Below are positions 1-11,579 of a DNA stretch of 64,000 bases, in pieces (the first letter of the stretch is position 1; each line of letters begins with the position of its first letter). The notes under the pieces were generated by a model, which saw nothing but the letters and a program-made list of their open reading frames with translations, ran no database searches and was not told the DNA's origin. The position numbers and the translations under genes were made by a program. Source of the DNA: an uncultured cyanobacterium (GTDB taxonomy: Bacteria > Cyanobacteriota > Cyanobacteriia > PCC-6307 > Cyanobiaceae); NCBI GenBank assembly GCA_963697335.1, contig CAVONQ010000008.1, positions 1 through 64,000 on the forward strand. Reading direction: 5' to 3'.

Positions 1-842
1 GGGCCAGAAACTGCGAAAAGAGTACCAGGCCGTCGAACATGCGTTTCGAGAGGGTGCTTCCACCGATCAGGGCCCGCTCGTGCTTGAGGGTCGACTTGCT
101 CACGGCCCAGCCGTCGCCGCGTTCGCCAACGATGTTGTCTTTCGGCACGCGCACGTCTTCCAGAAAGACTTCGGAGAAATCCACCTCGCCGGTCATCGTG
201 CGCAGGGGCCGAACGTCGATGCCCGGCGTCTTCATGTCGATCAGCAAGTAGGTGATGCCCTTGTGCTTGGGAGCGTCAGGCTCCGACCTCACCAGGCAGA
301 ACATCCAGTCCGCGTCCTTTGCATTCGATGTCCAGATCTTCTGCCCGTTGATTACCCACTCGTCTCCCACGAGTTCGGCCTTGCAACGCAACGACGCCAG
401 GTCGCTGCCCGCTTCCGGCTCGCTGTAGCCCTGTGCCCACATGATGTTGCCCAGGAGCGTCTCGCGAACGAACTTCTCTTTCTGCTCCTCGGTCCCGCAC
501 TCGATCAGCGTCGGCGCCAGCATGCTGGGCCCCTGGCCCACCAGCTCACCCGGAGCCTTCACAGCCTTGAACTCCTGCCCGATGATCGTCGACTTGAGTG
601 GGTCGAAAGGCTGCTCCCCTCCACCGTAACGCTTCGGCAAACCGCGGTACAGGTATCCGCGCTCGATTGCCTTCAAGCGAAACTCGGTAACATGCGCCGG
701 TGGTTTCCCCAGAGAGCCGATCAATGCTTCCTCATCACTGGGGAGCCCGGACTCGAGACCAAGATCGGCCCAGTGTTCTTTCACAAATGCACGCACTTCG
801 GCGCGAAACGCCTCGTACTCTGCGCGTGTAGCTGAGGTCCAT
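1..842 (-). CDS. Acyl-CoA dehydrogenase (runs off the window start; apparent 1-nt frameshift near 820)
   Basis: Manual translation: MDLSY..EYEAFRAEVRAF...WAQGYSEPEAGSDLASL...INGQKIWTS...FSEVFLEDVRVP...LKHER, typical ACAD motifs. The ATG at 842 is one base out of frame with the body. Confidence 0.9.
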
Positions 843-1109
843 ACGTTTCCCTCGTGGATTGTGGTGCTGAAAAAAACGGAAAGACTAGACGATCGTTGGG
901 TTAACCCACTCGGCGCCAATCCGCAAGCGATTTCCGGACCGTCGGGTCAGGTGGGTGTGCGATAAAATTGTGAGGTAAATACCCCACCGCCCTTCTCACA
1001 AGGCAGATCTGAGAGTACAGGTACTGCCAGATCGTTCCGCAACCGGCGAAACCGGACACCGATCCCTTGCTCCCCTCCTTACCAGAGGCTGTCGTAAAAC
1101 TCGCATACA

Positions 1110-1234
1110 AGGCTTCGAGACGGCCCCGCGGATGCGGGACCTCCTCAGCCTGAGCGGTATGGGTATTAATCTTAAAAGGACTTTTTCCGCTCGGCCTGAG
1201 GAGCCGCCGGTCTCCGGCGGCGTCTCGAAGGCCT
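1110..1234. repeat. Inverted pair of REP-like palindromic elements
   Basis: The left arm (cttcgagacg...ctcctcagcctgagcgg) is near-reverse-complementary to the right arm (ccgctcggcctgaggag...cgtctcgaag). Each arm has an internal hairpin, and an AT-rich spacer of about 29 nt separates them. Confidence 0.7.
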
Positions 1235-1433
1235 GTTTCGGAGAAAATCGACACTCACTCCTAAGGAGGGAAAAGAAAGCGTGATCGGATCAGAAAGCAA
1301 GGCCGGACGTAGGTAGAAAGGGGAGAAAGGCCCTGTCACCCCCTGGCCTGGTTTCCACGCGGACCGTTATGGAATCCCACCATGGAGTTCTGGTATCGAT
1401 ACAATTAAGGTTTTGTTCTGGAAACAGGTCCGG

Positions 1434-1695
1434 ATGAATAGATTTCCACGCTGGCCCGTGGTGGGCTTGGGCCTGGTCTTCGTGGGGCTGCTGGCCTGGG
1501 GCATCTGGTTCTACCGCGTCCACGAGAAGCGTTTGCGGCACGAAGCCGAAACGGCGCTCGAGACCATCGCGCAGTTGAAGGCGGGGCAGATCGCAGCATG
1601 GAGGGCTGAGCGACTGGGCGATGCGGCCGTGATCGCTGAAAGCCCCTTTTTCATCCAAGCGGTCGCAGGCTGGATGGTGCAGCCATCTCCCTGTC
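1434..1695 (+). pseudogene. N-terminal fragment of a membrane sensor (histidine kinase/PAS-type) protein
   Basis: A TM helix followed by LETIAQLKAGQIAAWRAERLGDA resembles sensor N-termini. After about 87 aa the ORF no longer reads like protein and no kinase domain follows. Confidence 0.55.
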
Positions 1696-2015
1696 CAGGC
1701 ACACACTCGCTGGCCGTCAAAACGGCGAGGCTTCATATGCATGTGTCATCGCACCGACGTTGCAGAGAGTTGAGCCACAATGGGGAACGTAAGGTTGGTT
1801 GCAACCCCGCGCGGATAGCACGCATAAACTGCGATATTTGCCGTAACGGTAAATGTCGGACAGAGGCCAGAATGAACTGTCTGCAAACTCGCCGTTGCGC
1901 GGTCGCGGAATGGCCCGCCGGGGGGCTTGCCCTCTCCCATCACGCTCTCCGACCGGCGGGAACTGACCGGCGGGAGCTACCATCTCTGGGTGCGGTCGTG
2001 CTACACAGTGGTTCC

Positions 2016-2408
2016 ATGCCGAGCGTGATGAACTCAGCCGGTTCCTTGCAAGAGCCCGTGACGACACGCGAATTCTCGCCGTGCTGTTGTTCGGCAGCAC
2101 AGCGCGCGGAGAAAGCACAGGACAGTCGGACGTCGATGTGTGCCTCGTTCCGTGCTCGAGGGCATTGAACCGCCGCTCCCTGGCCGAACTGCGGCTCGAG
2201 TACATGAGCGAGTTCGACCTGGACGTACAGGTCTTCCCGCTGCTCCCGCTTTTCGTTCGCTCGCGGGTGCTACATCGAGGGGAAGGTGCTCTTCGCCCGC
2301 GACGAGGATGCCCTGTACGAGGTCGCCGCTCGCACCGTTCGGGCGTTCGAGGCGTTCAAGCCCACCTACCGGGCTTACCTCTCCGAGGTGCTGCGTGCTG
2401 GATCGTGA
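2016..2408 (+). CDS. mntA: Minimal nucleotidyltransferase (MNT) antitoxin, two apparent frameshifts
   Basis: ILAVLLFGSTARGESTGQSDVDV (GS-x10-DxD). The C-terminal EGKVLFARDEDALYE segment is in another frame. Overlaps the HEPN gene. Confidence 0.85.
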
Positions 2409-2813
2409 GCGTGTTCTGGCCAAGCTGGACGAGTTGGAGGGCTACCTGCGCGAACTGGAGGCCATCGCTCCGTGCAATCTCACCGACTACCAACGCACCG
2501 AGAAAAGCGCGCCTGCGAACGTTTGGTGCAGATTTCAGTGGAGTCGGTCATCGACCTCTGCCATCTGTTCGTCTCCGGCCTCCGCCTCGGCTTGCCGGGG
2601 GACGAAGACGATCTGTTTCAAAAACTCGAGCAGGCGGGTGTCCTCTCACCCGAGATGGTGCTGATTGTAAAGCGCATGAAGGGTTGCCGGAACATCCTCG
2701 TCCACGAGTACGGTGGGGTCGACGACGAGCTGATCTTCGACGTGGTGCGATCGCGGCGCGGCGACTTCACTTGTTTCGCGAGCGAGATCCGAGCGGCTGT
2801 TGGCCGTTACTAA
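2395..2813 (+). CDS. hepT: HEPN/DUF86 RNase toxin (type VII TA), frameshift in the A-run near 2505
   Basis: MLDRERVLAKLDELEGYL... then RACERLVQISVESVIDLC...RNILVHEY (Rx4HxY motif). Confidence 0.88.
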
Positions 2814-2939
2814 TCAGGCTTCGTGACCGCTCCGTCCTGACCCATTTTCACTCCGAAAGCCCGGCAGCTATGTCACCTTTTGGGACAAATGAACGCCTCT
2901 GTTTGACTGCGGCTTCTCAATTTCGCACCGTGGGTGGTG

Positions 2940-3636
2940 ATGACCACGAAATGTGTGCTCCTGATCGAGGATGACGCCTCGATCGTCGCGGGCTTGGAGT
3001 TGAACCTCTCTCTCGAGGGTTACGAGGTCATAACCGCAAGTGACGGCGAGACCGGGTTGCGTCTAGTCGAAGAAGAGGCCCGATGCTGTCTTGCTGGATA
3101 TTATGCTTCCCGGAGTCAACGGCCTCGAGGTGCTTCGTCGATTGCGTCGAAAGGACGCGGAGATCCCTGTGCTGATCCTTTCGGCCCTCGCGGACGAGGC
3201 CGACAGAGTTTTGGGGTTGCAACTCGGCGCGGATGATTACATCACCAAGCCGTTCAGCCTCAGCGAACTCCGCGCGCGGCTGAACGCATCGTTGCGCCGC
3301 AAGCGACTGGCATCGGCCGAGCGGGCCATCGAGGCGTTCGGTGATGTGGAGGTGGATCTCGACCGGCACGCCGTCACCCGCAATGGGCAGGAAGTGTCTA
3401 TGACCGCGCGGGAGTTCGGGGTGCTCGCCTATTTCCTGCGTAATCCAGACTGCGTCATTACCCGCGAAACCTTGCTCAAGTCAGTTTGGAAGCTGGATTA
3501 CGTGAGTCGCCGCACGATCGACAACTTCATCGTACGTTTGCGTGCCAAGCTGGAGCCCGACCCGGACCATCCGCGCTACTTCCTCACCGTACGCGGCGTT
3601 GGCTACCGCTTCGAGCCAAGCGGGGAGGAGAGTTAG
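2940..3636 (+). CDS. OmpR/PhoB-family response regulator, frameshift near 3080
   Basis: VLLIEDD...LDIMLPGVNG...GADDYITKPF receiver domain plus winged helix (TVRGVGYRF), split across two ORFs. Confidence 0.92.
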
Positions 3637-3647
3637 GGGGGTAGAGA

Positions 3648-3736
3648 AGAATCCAGAATTCAGAATGTAGAATTCAGAATGAGTGACGCAGGCCCGGACC
3701 AATATTTCTTGGCTTCTGAATTCTGTATTCTGGATT
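3648..3736. repeat. Inverted heptanucleotide tandem arrays, (AGAATNN)n / (TTCTGNA)n
   Basis: agaatcc agaattc agaatgt agaattc agaatga (3648-3682), then ttctgaa ttctgta ttctgga (3714-3734). Confidence 0.8.
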
Positions 3737-3771
3737 AGTGCTCCGCGACCTCCTGCGTTAGACTCCGTTCC

Positions 3772-4521
<750 letters not shown>

Positions 4522-4534
4522 GAACGATATTCTT

Positions 4535-4648
4535 TCGTGCTCGTGCTCAGCGAAGCGGTGCTCGTAATCGCAATCGAGCTCAGCGTGTGCATCCCCGCCT
4601 GACGAAAGTAAGACTCGATTACGAGTACGATTACGCGCACGAGCACGA
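4535..4648. repeat. Inverted hexamer arrays (TCGTGC/TCGTAA versus GCACGA/TTACGA)
   Basis: tcgtgctcgtgctc...ctcgtaatcgcaatcgag pairs with ctcgattacgagtacgattacgcgcacgagcacga. Confidence 0.75.
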
Positions 4649-4699
4649 TCTGTCATCGCGGTCTTGGTGGACACTGTTGACCGCCCAGAAACCGAACCC

Positions 4700-7062
4700 G
4701 TGACCCCTCTCCATCGCAAACTGTTCCGGGACTTCTGGCACCTGCGTGGTCAGGTCATCGCCATCGCAATGGTCGTGGCCTGCGGGGTGGCAACGGTGGT
4801 GACGTCGCGAACGGCTTACGAATCGCTGATCGTCTCGCAGGCGACTTACTACGCAGACTATCGCTTCGCTGACGTCTTCGCCCATCTAAAGCGGGCGCCG
4901 AACCGGCTGGCAAGTCGAATAGAGGCAATCCCGGGTGTCGCAACGGTTAGAACCCGTGTTTCTTTCGACGTCACACTCGACGTCCCCGGCCTTTCCGAAC
5001 CAGCCACCGGGCGAATCAACTCGATCCCGGACAGACAGGTTCCAATCATCAACGACCTGTTCATCCGCCGCGGACGCTACGTCGCGCCGGGCGAGCGCAG
5101 CGAGGTCCTGGTAAGCGAGGCGTTTGCGGAGGCAAACGGCCTCGAGCTCGGCGACACGCTCGGCGCAATCCTGAACGGACGTTGGGCGCAGCTTCGGATC
5201 GTCGGTGTCGCTCTTTCCCCGAGTACATTTACGAGATTCGCGGTACGGATGTTTTTCCGGACAACAAACGATTCGGCGTGCTCTGGATGAGCCGTAAGGT
5301 TGCCGGGCCGGCATTCGACATGGACGGCGCCTTCAACGAGCTCGTGATTGCTCTCTCGGCGGAAGCAAACGAGTCGGAGGTCATCGAGCAGGTCGATCAC
5401 TTATTGGAGCCCTACGGTGGGCTCGGGGCTTACGGGCGCGACGAACATGTCTCCGACCGGTTCATTTCCGACGAGATCCGTCAAAACCGTGTGTTTGGCA
5501 CCGTCGCCCCCGCGATCTTCCTCGGTGTCGCGGCTTTCCTCCTCAGTATCGTCCTGTCGCGACTGATCGCGACCCAACGCGATCAAATCGGTGTCCTGAA
5601 GGCGTTCGGCTACGATCACCGAACTGTCGCCATACACTACCTGCAGTTTGCCCTGCTGGCGGTCGCTCTTGGCGCGCTCATCGGGACGGGCACGGGCCTC
5701 TGGCTCGGCGCTCAGATCAACCGAATGTATACGGAAGTCTACCGGTTCCCGGTCCTACAATACGCCCCGAGCGCAACCGTAATCGGCATGGCCGTTGCCG
5801 CCAGCACTCTGGCAGCGCTGCTCGGTGCATTCGGCGCGGCGCGGCGCGCATGGTCTCTACCACCTGCCGAGGCCATGCGCCCAGAACCGCCGGCACGCTT
5901 CCGTGTCGGGTTAGTCGAACGGGCTGGAATCCAGCGCCTTCTCTCGACATCGGTACGTATGATCGTGCGCAATCTGACCCGCCGTCCGATGCGCGCCTTC
6001 TTGTCCACCCTCGGCGTTGCCTTCGCCGTGGCGATCCTCATCTTCGGGCACTTCTTCATTGATGCGATTCAGCACATCATCACCGTCCAGTTCCGGCTTG
6101 TGCAGAGAGAGGACGTCACCCTGATCGCCCACAATCCGCTTCCCGCCCGAGCACGCGCCGAGGTCGCACGTCTGCCCGGGGTGATCAGCACCGAGTCTCT
6201 GCGCATCGTTCCCGCGCGACTGCGCTTCGGGCACCGAAGCCGCAGGGTGGGACTCATGGGTCTGGAGAAGGCAACCGGAATGCGCCGACTCCTCGACTCC
6301 GATCTGCGCCAGGTCGATCTTCCTCCCGAGGGAGTGGTGCTGACAACGAAGCTGGCAGACGTTCTCGGGGTTTCACGGGGCGAGCAACTAAGGGTGGAGA
6401 TTTTGGAGGGCAGCCGTCCGAAGCGACAGGTGGTGGTGAGCGGATTCGTCGACGAGTTGGTCGGTCTCTCCGCATACATGAACATAAACGCGCTCAATCG
6501 CCTCATGCGCGAGGGGCACTCGGTCTCGGGCGCGTTCCTCGCCGTCGATCCCGAAGCAAAACCGGAGCTTTACCGCCTCTTGAAACAGCTTCCGGCCGTT
6601 GCCGGTGTCATGCTGCGTGAATCGACAATCGAAGGGTTCGAAGAAACCTTGGGCGAAAGCACGGGGATCTTCACCAGCGTTATCGTCGTTTTCGCCTCCA
6701 TTCTCGCCATAGCCGTGGTGTACAACGCGGCGCGCATCGCACTTTCGGAGCGTGGTCGGGAACTGGCGAGTCTGCGGGTGCTGGGGTTCACGCACCGCGA
6801 AGTCACTTTCATGCTTCTGGGAGAGCAGGCCATTCTGACACTCCTGGCCATCCCGCTCGGGTTCCTCGTCGGCTATGGATTGTGCTGGCTCATGGCTTGG
6901 GCGTATCAGTGGGAACTGTTTCGTCTGCCACTGATTGTGACAAGGGCCACGTTCGGCTTCGCCCTGGTGGTCATCTTCGGTGCCACGGTTGGCTCGGCAT
7001 TGATCGTCAGACGACGACTCGGCCGGCTCGACCTGGTCGCCGTATTGAAAACGCGGGAGTGA
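4700..7062 (+). CDS. ABC transporter permease (duplicated FtsX/MacB-type), frameshift near 5217
   Basis: LHRKLFRDFW...IVGVALSP/EYIY junction; QRDQIGVLKAFG and ERGRELASLRVLG FtsX motifs. Confidence 0.92.
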
Positions 7063-7107
7063 TGGCGCTGATTTTCATCCTGCGGACAGTACGCTAAAGG
7101 CTGCATT

Positions 7108-8277
7108 GTGAGCGTCTCCAGGAAGAAAATCGGCAGCGTCGTTGGGGCTCTGGCGCTGGCGACAATTGGGTTCCTGGCCTTTCGCCCGCAAGCGGTCCGG
7201 GTGGACACAGCCAGGGTCCGGCTGGGGGCGATGCAAGTGACGATTGACGAGGAAGGGGAAACGCGGGTCCGGGATCGCTACGTCGTCGCTGCGCCCATTG
7301 CCGGACGCCTCGAACGCATTAGTCTCGACGAGGGTTACCCGGTAGAACCCGACTCGGTCGTGGCGCGCATGTACCCTTTACCGCTGGACCGCCGCACGCT
7401 CGCAGAGGCCACAGCACAGCTGGAAGGCGCCGAGGCAGCCAAGCGAGGCGCCGATGCGCGGGTCGAGCAAGCCCGCGCCGCGCTCGAGCAGGCTCGTCGA
7501 GAGGCAACACGTGCCAGACGTCTGCACGCAGAGGGCACGGTGCACAAGGAGGCACTCGAATTGGCGGAGCTCCAAGCAACGACACGCCAGAAGGAACTCG
7601 ACACGGCCGTCTCCGCTACGAGAACCGCCGGCTACACGGCGGACGCCGCACGCGCGGCGTTGATCGCCGCGACACCCGGTACCGGCACGGACGGCGTGGT
7701 GGAGCTGCGCTCCCCTGTCCAGGGGGTTGTCTTGCGCGTGTTTGAAGAGAGTGAACGCGTAATGCCGATGGGAACCCCTCTTCTCGAGCTCGGCGATCTT
7801 TCCAACCTGGAGATCGTCATCGACGTCCTGTCGGCAGAAGCGGTCCGTGTTCGCAACGGGTTTCCCGTGCTGATCCAAGATTGGGGAGGCGAAGAAACCC
7901 TGCGCGCGCGGGTTCGGCTCGTCGAGCCGTCGGGTTTCACGAAAGTCTCGGCCCTCGGCGTCGAGGAACAACGCGTCAACATCATTGCCGACTTCGTCAA
8001 CAAGCCGGAAAGTCTCGGCCACGGATACCGTGTCGAGGCGGGCATCGTCGTTTGGGAGGAAGAGAACGTCCTCAAGGTCCCTTCCAGCGCTTTGTTTCGT
8101 CACGACGGCGGGTGGGCCGTGTTTCAGGTCGAAAGAGGCCGGGCCCATCGCCGCCCAGTCGAACATGGACACCGGAACGCCTTCGAGGTGGAAATTCTGT
8201 CCGGGATCGAGGAAGGCGATGTAGTCATCGTACATCCGAGCGACCTCGTAGCTGACGGCGTGCGCGTGGAGGGATAG
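7108..8277 (+). CDS. Efflux periplasmic adaptor (HlyD/MacA family)
   Basis: N-terminal TM, lipoyl-like VAAPIAG, coiled coil, FTKVSALGVEEQRV. Confidence 0.92.
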   Translation: MSVSRKKIGSVVGALALATIGFLAFRPQAVRVDTARVRLGAMQVTIDEEGETRVRDRYVVAAPIAGRLERISLDEGYPVEPDSVVARMYPLPLDRRTLAEATAQLEGAEAAKRGADARVEQARAALEQARREATRARRLHAEGTVHKEALELAELQATTRQKELDTAVSATRTAGYTADAARAALIAATPGTGTDGVVELRSPVQGVVLRVFEESERVMPMGTPLLELGDLSNLEIVIDVLSAEAVRVRNGFPVLIQDWGGEETLRARVRLVEPSGFTKVSALGVEEQRVNIIADFVNKPESLGHGYRVEAGIVVWEEENVLKVPSSALFRHDGGWAVFQVERGRAHRRPVEHGHRNAFEVEILSGIEEGDVVIVHPSDLVADGVRVEG

Positions 8278-9491
8278 TGAGGCCCAGTACATCTACAGTG
8301 TTCCTGCTGATAGCAGCCGCGCTTTCCAGCGTCGCAGTCCCGACACCACTACTGGCGGTTTCCGTGTGCCCCGGCGACTGCGATCGCGACGGCCATGTCG
8401 TCGTCTCGGAGTTGGTCACCGCGGTGAACATTGCCCTCGGCCTTCAGCCACTCTCGGGGTGCATTGAAAGTGACTCGAATCAGGATGGCGCCGTAGCCGT
8501 CAACGAGCTCGTTCAGGCCGTGAACGCCGCGCTCGGGGGCTGCCCACCCTCCGACTCGGATCTGACCGTGGCCAACCTCAACATTCTGCACGGAGTTTTC
8601 TGCCCTTCCAAACCCGAGGCCTGCCGTCTCGCCGACCGCATCGATCTCCTTTTCCAATGGATCGAGCAGAGCGGCTGTCCCGACGTGGTCACGCTGCAAG
8701 AGATCTGGGAGCTGGCGGTGCCTTTGATCGAGTCCCACCTGGCTGGAACCTGCCCGTTCACATACGAGTTGGTATTTCTCCCCCTACCGCCGTCACCATC
8801 AGCCCTCGACCAGGAGATGATCCTGACCCGTTATCCGGTTCTGCATTCGGAGGTGCAGTTCCTGCACCCGGGTTTCCGGCACCTGCTCTACGCCCGCATC
8901 GACCATCCTATCGGCCCGGTTGACGTCGTCACCACACACCTGGCCTCGGGCAGCGACAACGGCGACAGTCCCTGCGGCATGAATTGCCCGTCCGAGTGCG
9001 TGGCAGCCGACGCAGCGACGGTCCGCGATTGCCAGGCAGTACAGCTTGCAGACTTTGCGGAAGACCGCCGCAACGTAGCTGCACCCGCCGTGGTGACAGG
9101 TGATTTTAACGCCGAGCCCTACACGTTCGTTTACCGACAGTTGGCCGAGCGCGGCTGGCTAGACGTGTATCTCGAAGCAGGGAACCCGGAATGCAGTCCG
9201 GAGTCGGGTGTCGGGTGCACGGCGGGGCGGGAAGACGGCAACCTGTCGGAGCTCGAGTCACCAGAGAGCAACGAGGTCGAACGCATCGATTACATCTTCG
9301 TCGTGCCACCGGACGGGGGCTCATGCCGAATCCTACTCGACTCCCCACTCGATGACGACGGAGACGGAACCGCAACGCGGATCTTCGCCGACGACCCGAA
9401 TCCGTTTGCCCCGTCGTGCGGACCGGTACCCGGAGCAATCTGCTGGCCTTCGGACCACGAAGGGGTACTGCTCGATTTGAACTGGGAGTGA
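8277..9491 (+). CDS. Secreted endonuclease/exonuclease/phosphatase (EEP) protein with N-terminal dockerin-like double EF-hand
   Basis: Signal peptide; CPGDCDRDGHV..ELV.AVNIALG and DSNQDGAV..ELV.AVNAALG; EEP motifs NLN, LQE, THL, GDFN, RIDYIF, SDH. Confidence 0.85.
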   Translation: MRPSTSTVFLLIAAALSSVAVPTPLLAVSVCPGDCDRDGHVVVSELVTAVNIALGLQPLSGCIESDSNQDGAVAVNELVQAVNAALGGCPPSDSDLTVANLNILHGVFCPSKPEACRLADRIDLLFQWIEQSGCPDVVTLQEIWELAVPLIESHLAGTCPFTYELVFLPLPPSPSALDQEMILTRYPVLHSEVQFLHPGFRHLLYARIDHPIGPVDVVTTHLASGSDNGDSPCGMNCPSECVAADAATVRDCQAVQLADFAEDRRNVAAPAVVTGDFNAEPYTFVYRQLAERGWLDVYLEAGNPECSPESGVGCTAGREDGNLSELESPESNEVERIDYIFVVPPDGGSCRILLDSPLDDDGDGTATRIFADDPNPFAPSCGPVPGAICWPSDHEGVLLDLNWE

Positions 9492-9642
9492 CGCTGCGGA
9501 AAAGGCCCCGTGCCGCCCCGACGGTGGATCTCAACGTAGGCCGACGCTATCCACCACAATTCTGACGGCCCCTGCAAATGGCCGGGGGGCCCATCATCGA
9601 GCGGAAAATCCCCTCCCCGCGCGTACGACTGCCGGCCCGTCT

Positions 9643-11189
9643 TCAGCTTTCCCAGTCTCTCAGAAGCTCCGCCTCGAAGTCCGCAAAGTCGGCACGGAAG
9701 GAGCCGTAAAACGCCTGTTCGAACGGGGTTCCCTCACCCAACCCATCAAGCAACGTGAGAATTTCTCGCTCTCCGTAGCTGTGAACCAGCGCCCGCAGGG
9801 CGAGATAACTCTGCGCATACGCAACATGCGCCTGTTGCGCAGGCAGATGGAGGAACGGGCCGATCATCTTCTCGAAAGGGATCGCTGCGTGTCTCGAGAG
9901 TATCTCATGCGCCCAGGACAGCGCCTCGTCCTCGGGGCGATCTTCCACCCACATGGCAAGGCCTTCGCTCAGCCAGGCCGGGCAGCGACCGCGGGTTCGC
10001 TCGGCGACGACAACATGTCCGTATTCGTGACGCAGGGTACGATCCAGCAGTGGTGTGCGAGCGTCGAGCCCGTGCACGGGCAACTTGATTCGACCGTCGT
10101 ATATCCCACCAGCCCAGTCCGGAGTTTTCGTAACGTCGTGAAATTCTTCCCTTTGCATAGAGGACCACCGGAATCCTCTCTGCGGGATAATGGCCAAGCC
10201 TGTGTCCCACCGCCTCGTATGCCTCCTCCAAGCTTTCGAGTACGAAGCGGGCGGCCCTGAAGTTCTCCCCTTCCTCGAACGCAATTGAAAAATGGGGGCT
10301 CACCCGCTCGGCAAAGCCCCATTCGCTGTCCAACTCGCGTTCGAGTCTTTCCAGCATCTTGTCAAAGTTTTTTCCCGTTGCTCCCCGTTCGCGAGCCGTC
10401 TGAAACATCGCGACCGCACCCTCGCGGTCACCCTGTCTCCGGTAGACCTTGCCCAACGCCGTAAGCGTGTCTGGTCTTGATTCCCCCAACTCGACCGCTC
10501 TCTCCAAGGCCCATTTGGCGTTCGCCCAATCGCCATCCTCCACATACGCCATGCCCAAGATACTCATGACATGCGCACCCTCGCCCAACTCGAGAGCAGC
10601 CTCGGCCAACCTGACCGCTTCCGCAGTTTGGCCCGCATTGAGTTCGGCAATGGCCCAGTTCGCCAGAACAACTTGCAGATTCTGTCTCAGCACGTCCTCT
10701 CCCGGCGAGTGTTGCAGCGCTGTCCGCAGGCGCCTCTCGGCCTCCGCATGCTCACCGGCTTCACTCAGTGCTACAGCCTCGTCGTTAAGCCGGCGCAGGC
10801 CCAATCTCGACGTCGGGTGCAAGCCAAGCTCTGGCGCACCAAAATGCAGTGCAGCCGTGATGACCGTGAGAACAAGCAGCGTCACCAGCATGCGAAGCCG
10901 TCCTCCTGGCTGGGGCTCCGCCGGGGTGGTCGGGGGTTCCAAGGATGGTGTTTCCAAAGCCACAAGGCGAACAATCGCCCCTTCCTCGCGAAGCTGGGTG
11001 GACAGGCTCAACCCTGTCTGAGAATCGAGATCTTTGTAGAGGACGTGGGGGACAGGGGTCGACGAAGTCAGGGGGCCGCAGCACTCGGGCTCAGAGGGGC
11101 AAATAGGAAGCCATCTCGATCACCCGCGCGCGAGAGAGGTCGTTACGGTACCCTAAAATCACCAGATCGAAACGTGGTTCCTCTCCCAT
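9643..11189 (-). CDS. Membrane-anchored TPR plus peptidase MA-family metalloprotease (frameshifts near 11097 and 10152)
   Basis: Reconstructed across frames: MGEEPRFDLVILG..., TM segment, TPR helices, HEYGH...WLSEGLA gluzincin motif. Confidence 0.8.
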
Positions 11190-11273
11190 GACCGCCCAAT
11201 GGAGCAGATTCTACCAGAACTCAGGGGCGTGAAGAATAGGAATTCTGACGATCGGTAAAAGGCCGTGGAGTCG

Positions 11274-11463
11274 TCAATTCATAAGCTTCGGCAGGTCTGT
11301 TGCCTCTTCGATCGACCCGAAAGCCTCCTCGTACCGGCGAACGTTTTCCTGGAGAGCCCGCAGAAATACGCCTTGCGTGTTCCGGCGACGTAACCACACG
11401 CGACCGAAGGTTCGCAATCGACTGCCCCTTTGGGGCGCGCTGTGGCTGCACAAACAGGAAATC
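11274..11463 (-). pseudogene. DUF3467-family protein, 3' part only (5' end lost at the junction)
   Basis: DFLFVQPQ...RSRVVTSPEHARR/FLRALQENVRRYEEAFGSI with one frameshift. The expected N-terminal part is absent. Confidence 0.75.
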
Positions 11464-11480
11464 ACGCCTATCTGTTCTTT
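11455..11480. other. Probable chimeric junction between a non-cyanobacterial and a picocyanobacterial genome
   Basis: A gene is cut mid-sequence, and gene content, codon style and frameshift density change abruptly. No integrase, IS or tRNA lies at the boundary. Confidence 0.8.
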
Positions 11481-11579
11481 GCTGGCAGTGCGGTCCATAC
11501 CGTCAGCACCCACGGCGGTTGCCCAGCCGGCCGCGCCAGGCTGGGCGAAACGCTTGCTGCCGGGGACGGCTCCACGCCG

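Noticed and set aside
1014..1025. agtacaggtact as a LexA box
   Set aside because: The spacer is 2 nt rather than 4, and it lies in the non-cyanobacterial segment.
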